Part shown: positions 59,560 to 59,807 of the stretch, in pieces
Layout: each line of letters opens with the position of its first letter
Numbering within the stretch: position 1 is the stretch's first letter
From: Gekko japonicus
Lineage: Eukaryota
Length of the DNA stretch: 59,807 nucleotides
Reading direction: 5' to 3'
Assembly (NCBI RefSeq): GCF_001447785.1
Contig: NW_015163195.1
Span: forward strand, 1 to 59,807
Made by a program: the position numbers and the translations under genes
The notes under the pieces: model-generated
Told to the model about the DNA's origin: nothing
The model's input: the letters and a program-made list of their open reading frames with translations, nothing else
Databases searched by the model: none

Positions 59560-59807
59560 NNNNNNNNNNNNNNNNNNNNNNNNNNNNNNNNNNNNNNNNN
59601 NNNNNNNNNNNNNNNNNNNNNNNNNNNNNNNNNNNNNNNNNNNNNNNNNNNNNNNNNNNNNNNNNNNNNNNNNNNNNNNNNNNNNNNNNNNNNNNNNNNN
59701 NNNNNNNNCTTAAACAGCATACTTCTCTTTTAAAGAAATTAAACTTGGGAGCTTTGAACAGAAGCCATACTTCCGTATGTCTTGCCCTCAGTGGAACGGC
59801 ATGACCG

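Noticed and set aside
1-59807. CRISPR arrays, operons, real tRNA or rRNA genes
   Set aside because: None seen; tRNA-like segments are SINE heads

Overview
Eukaryotic, squamate DNA, most likely gecko judging by the Squam3/Squam2/Sauria SINEs, Bov-B, CR1 and Penelope repeats. It has 9 N-gaps. The window holds a tandem, co-oriented (+) array of five class II olfactory receptor genes: three complete (4551, 16111, 49390) and two with their 5' ends in gaps (27443, 41006). Genes 2-5 lie in ~8-10 kb duplicated units. Each unit has a conserved candidate promoter/5' leader exon ending in CAAAG|GTGAG, a TE-filled intron and a single coding exon. The rest is dense TE sequence, and many insertions have verifiable TSDs and empty sites in sister units. 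Most notable: (1) two divergent copies of an apparently chimeric, highly structured tRNA-headed SINE with compensatory stem changes; (2) OR acceptors of the form CAG|GTGAGT that would regenerate a perfect donor after splicing, like recursive splice sites; (3) a CAC-terminated, 50-bp-TIR DNA element with a frame-verified 7-bp TSD (P-superfamily-like); (4) four-gamete shuffling of OR N- and C-terminal halves plus conversion tracts. Family names are from recognition by eye, not database searches. No prokaryotic system or CRISPR array was seen.
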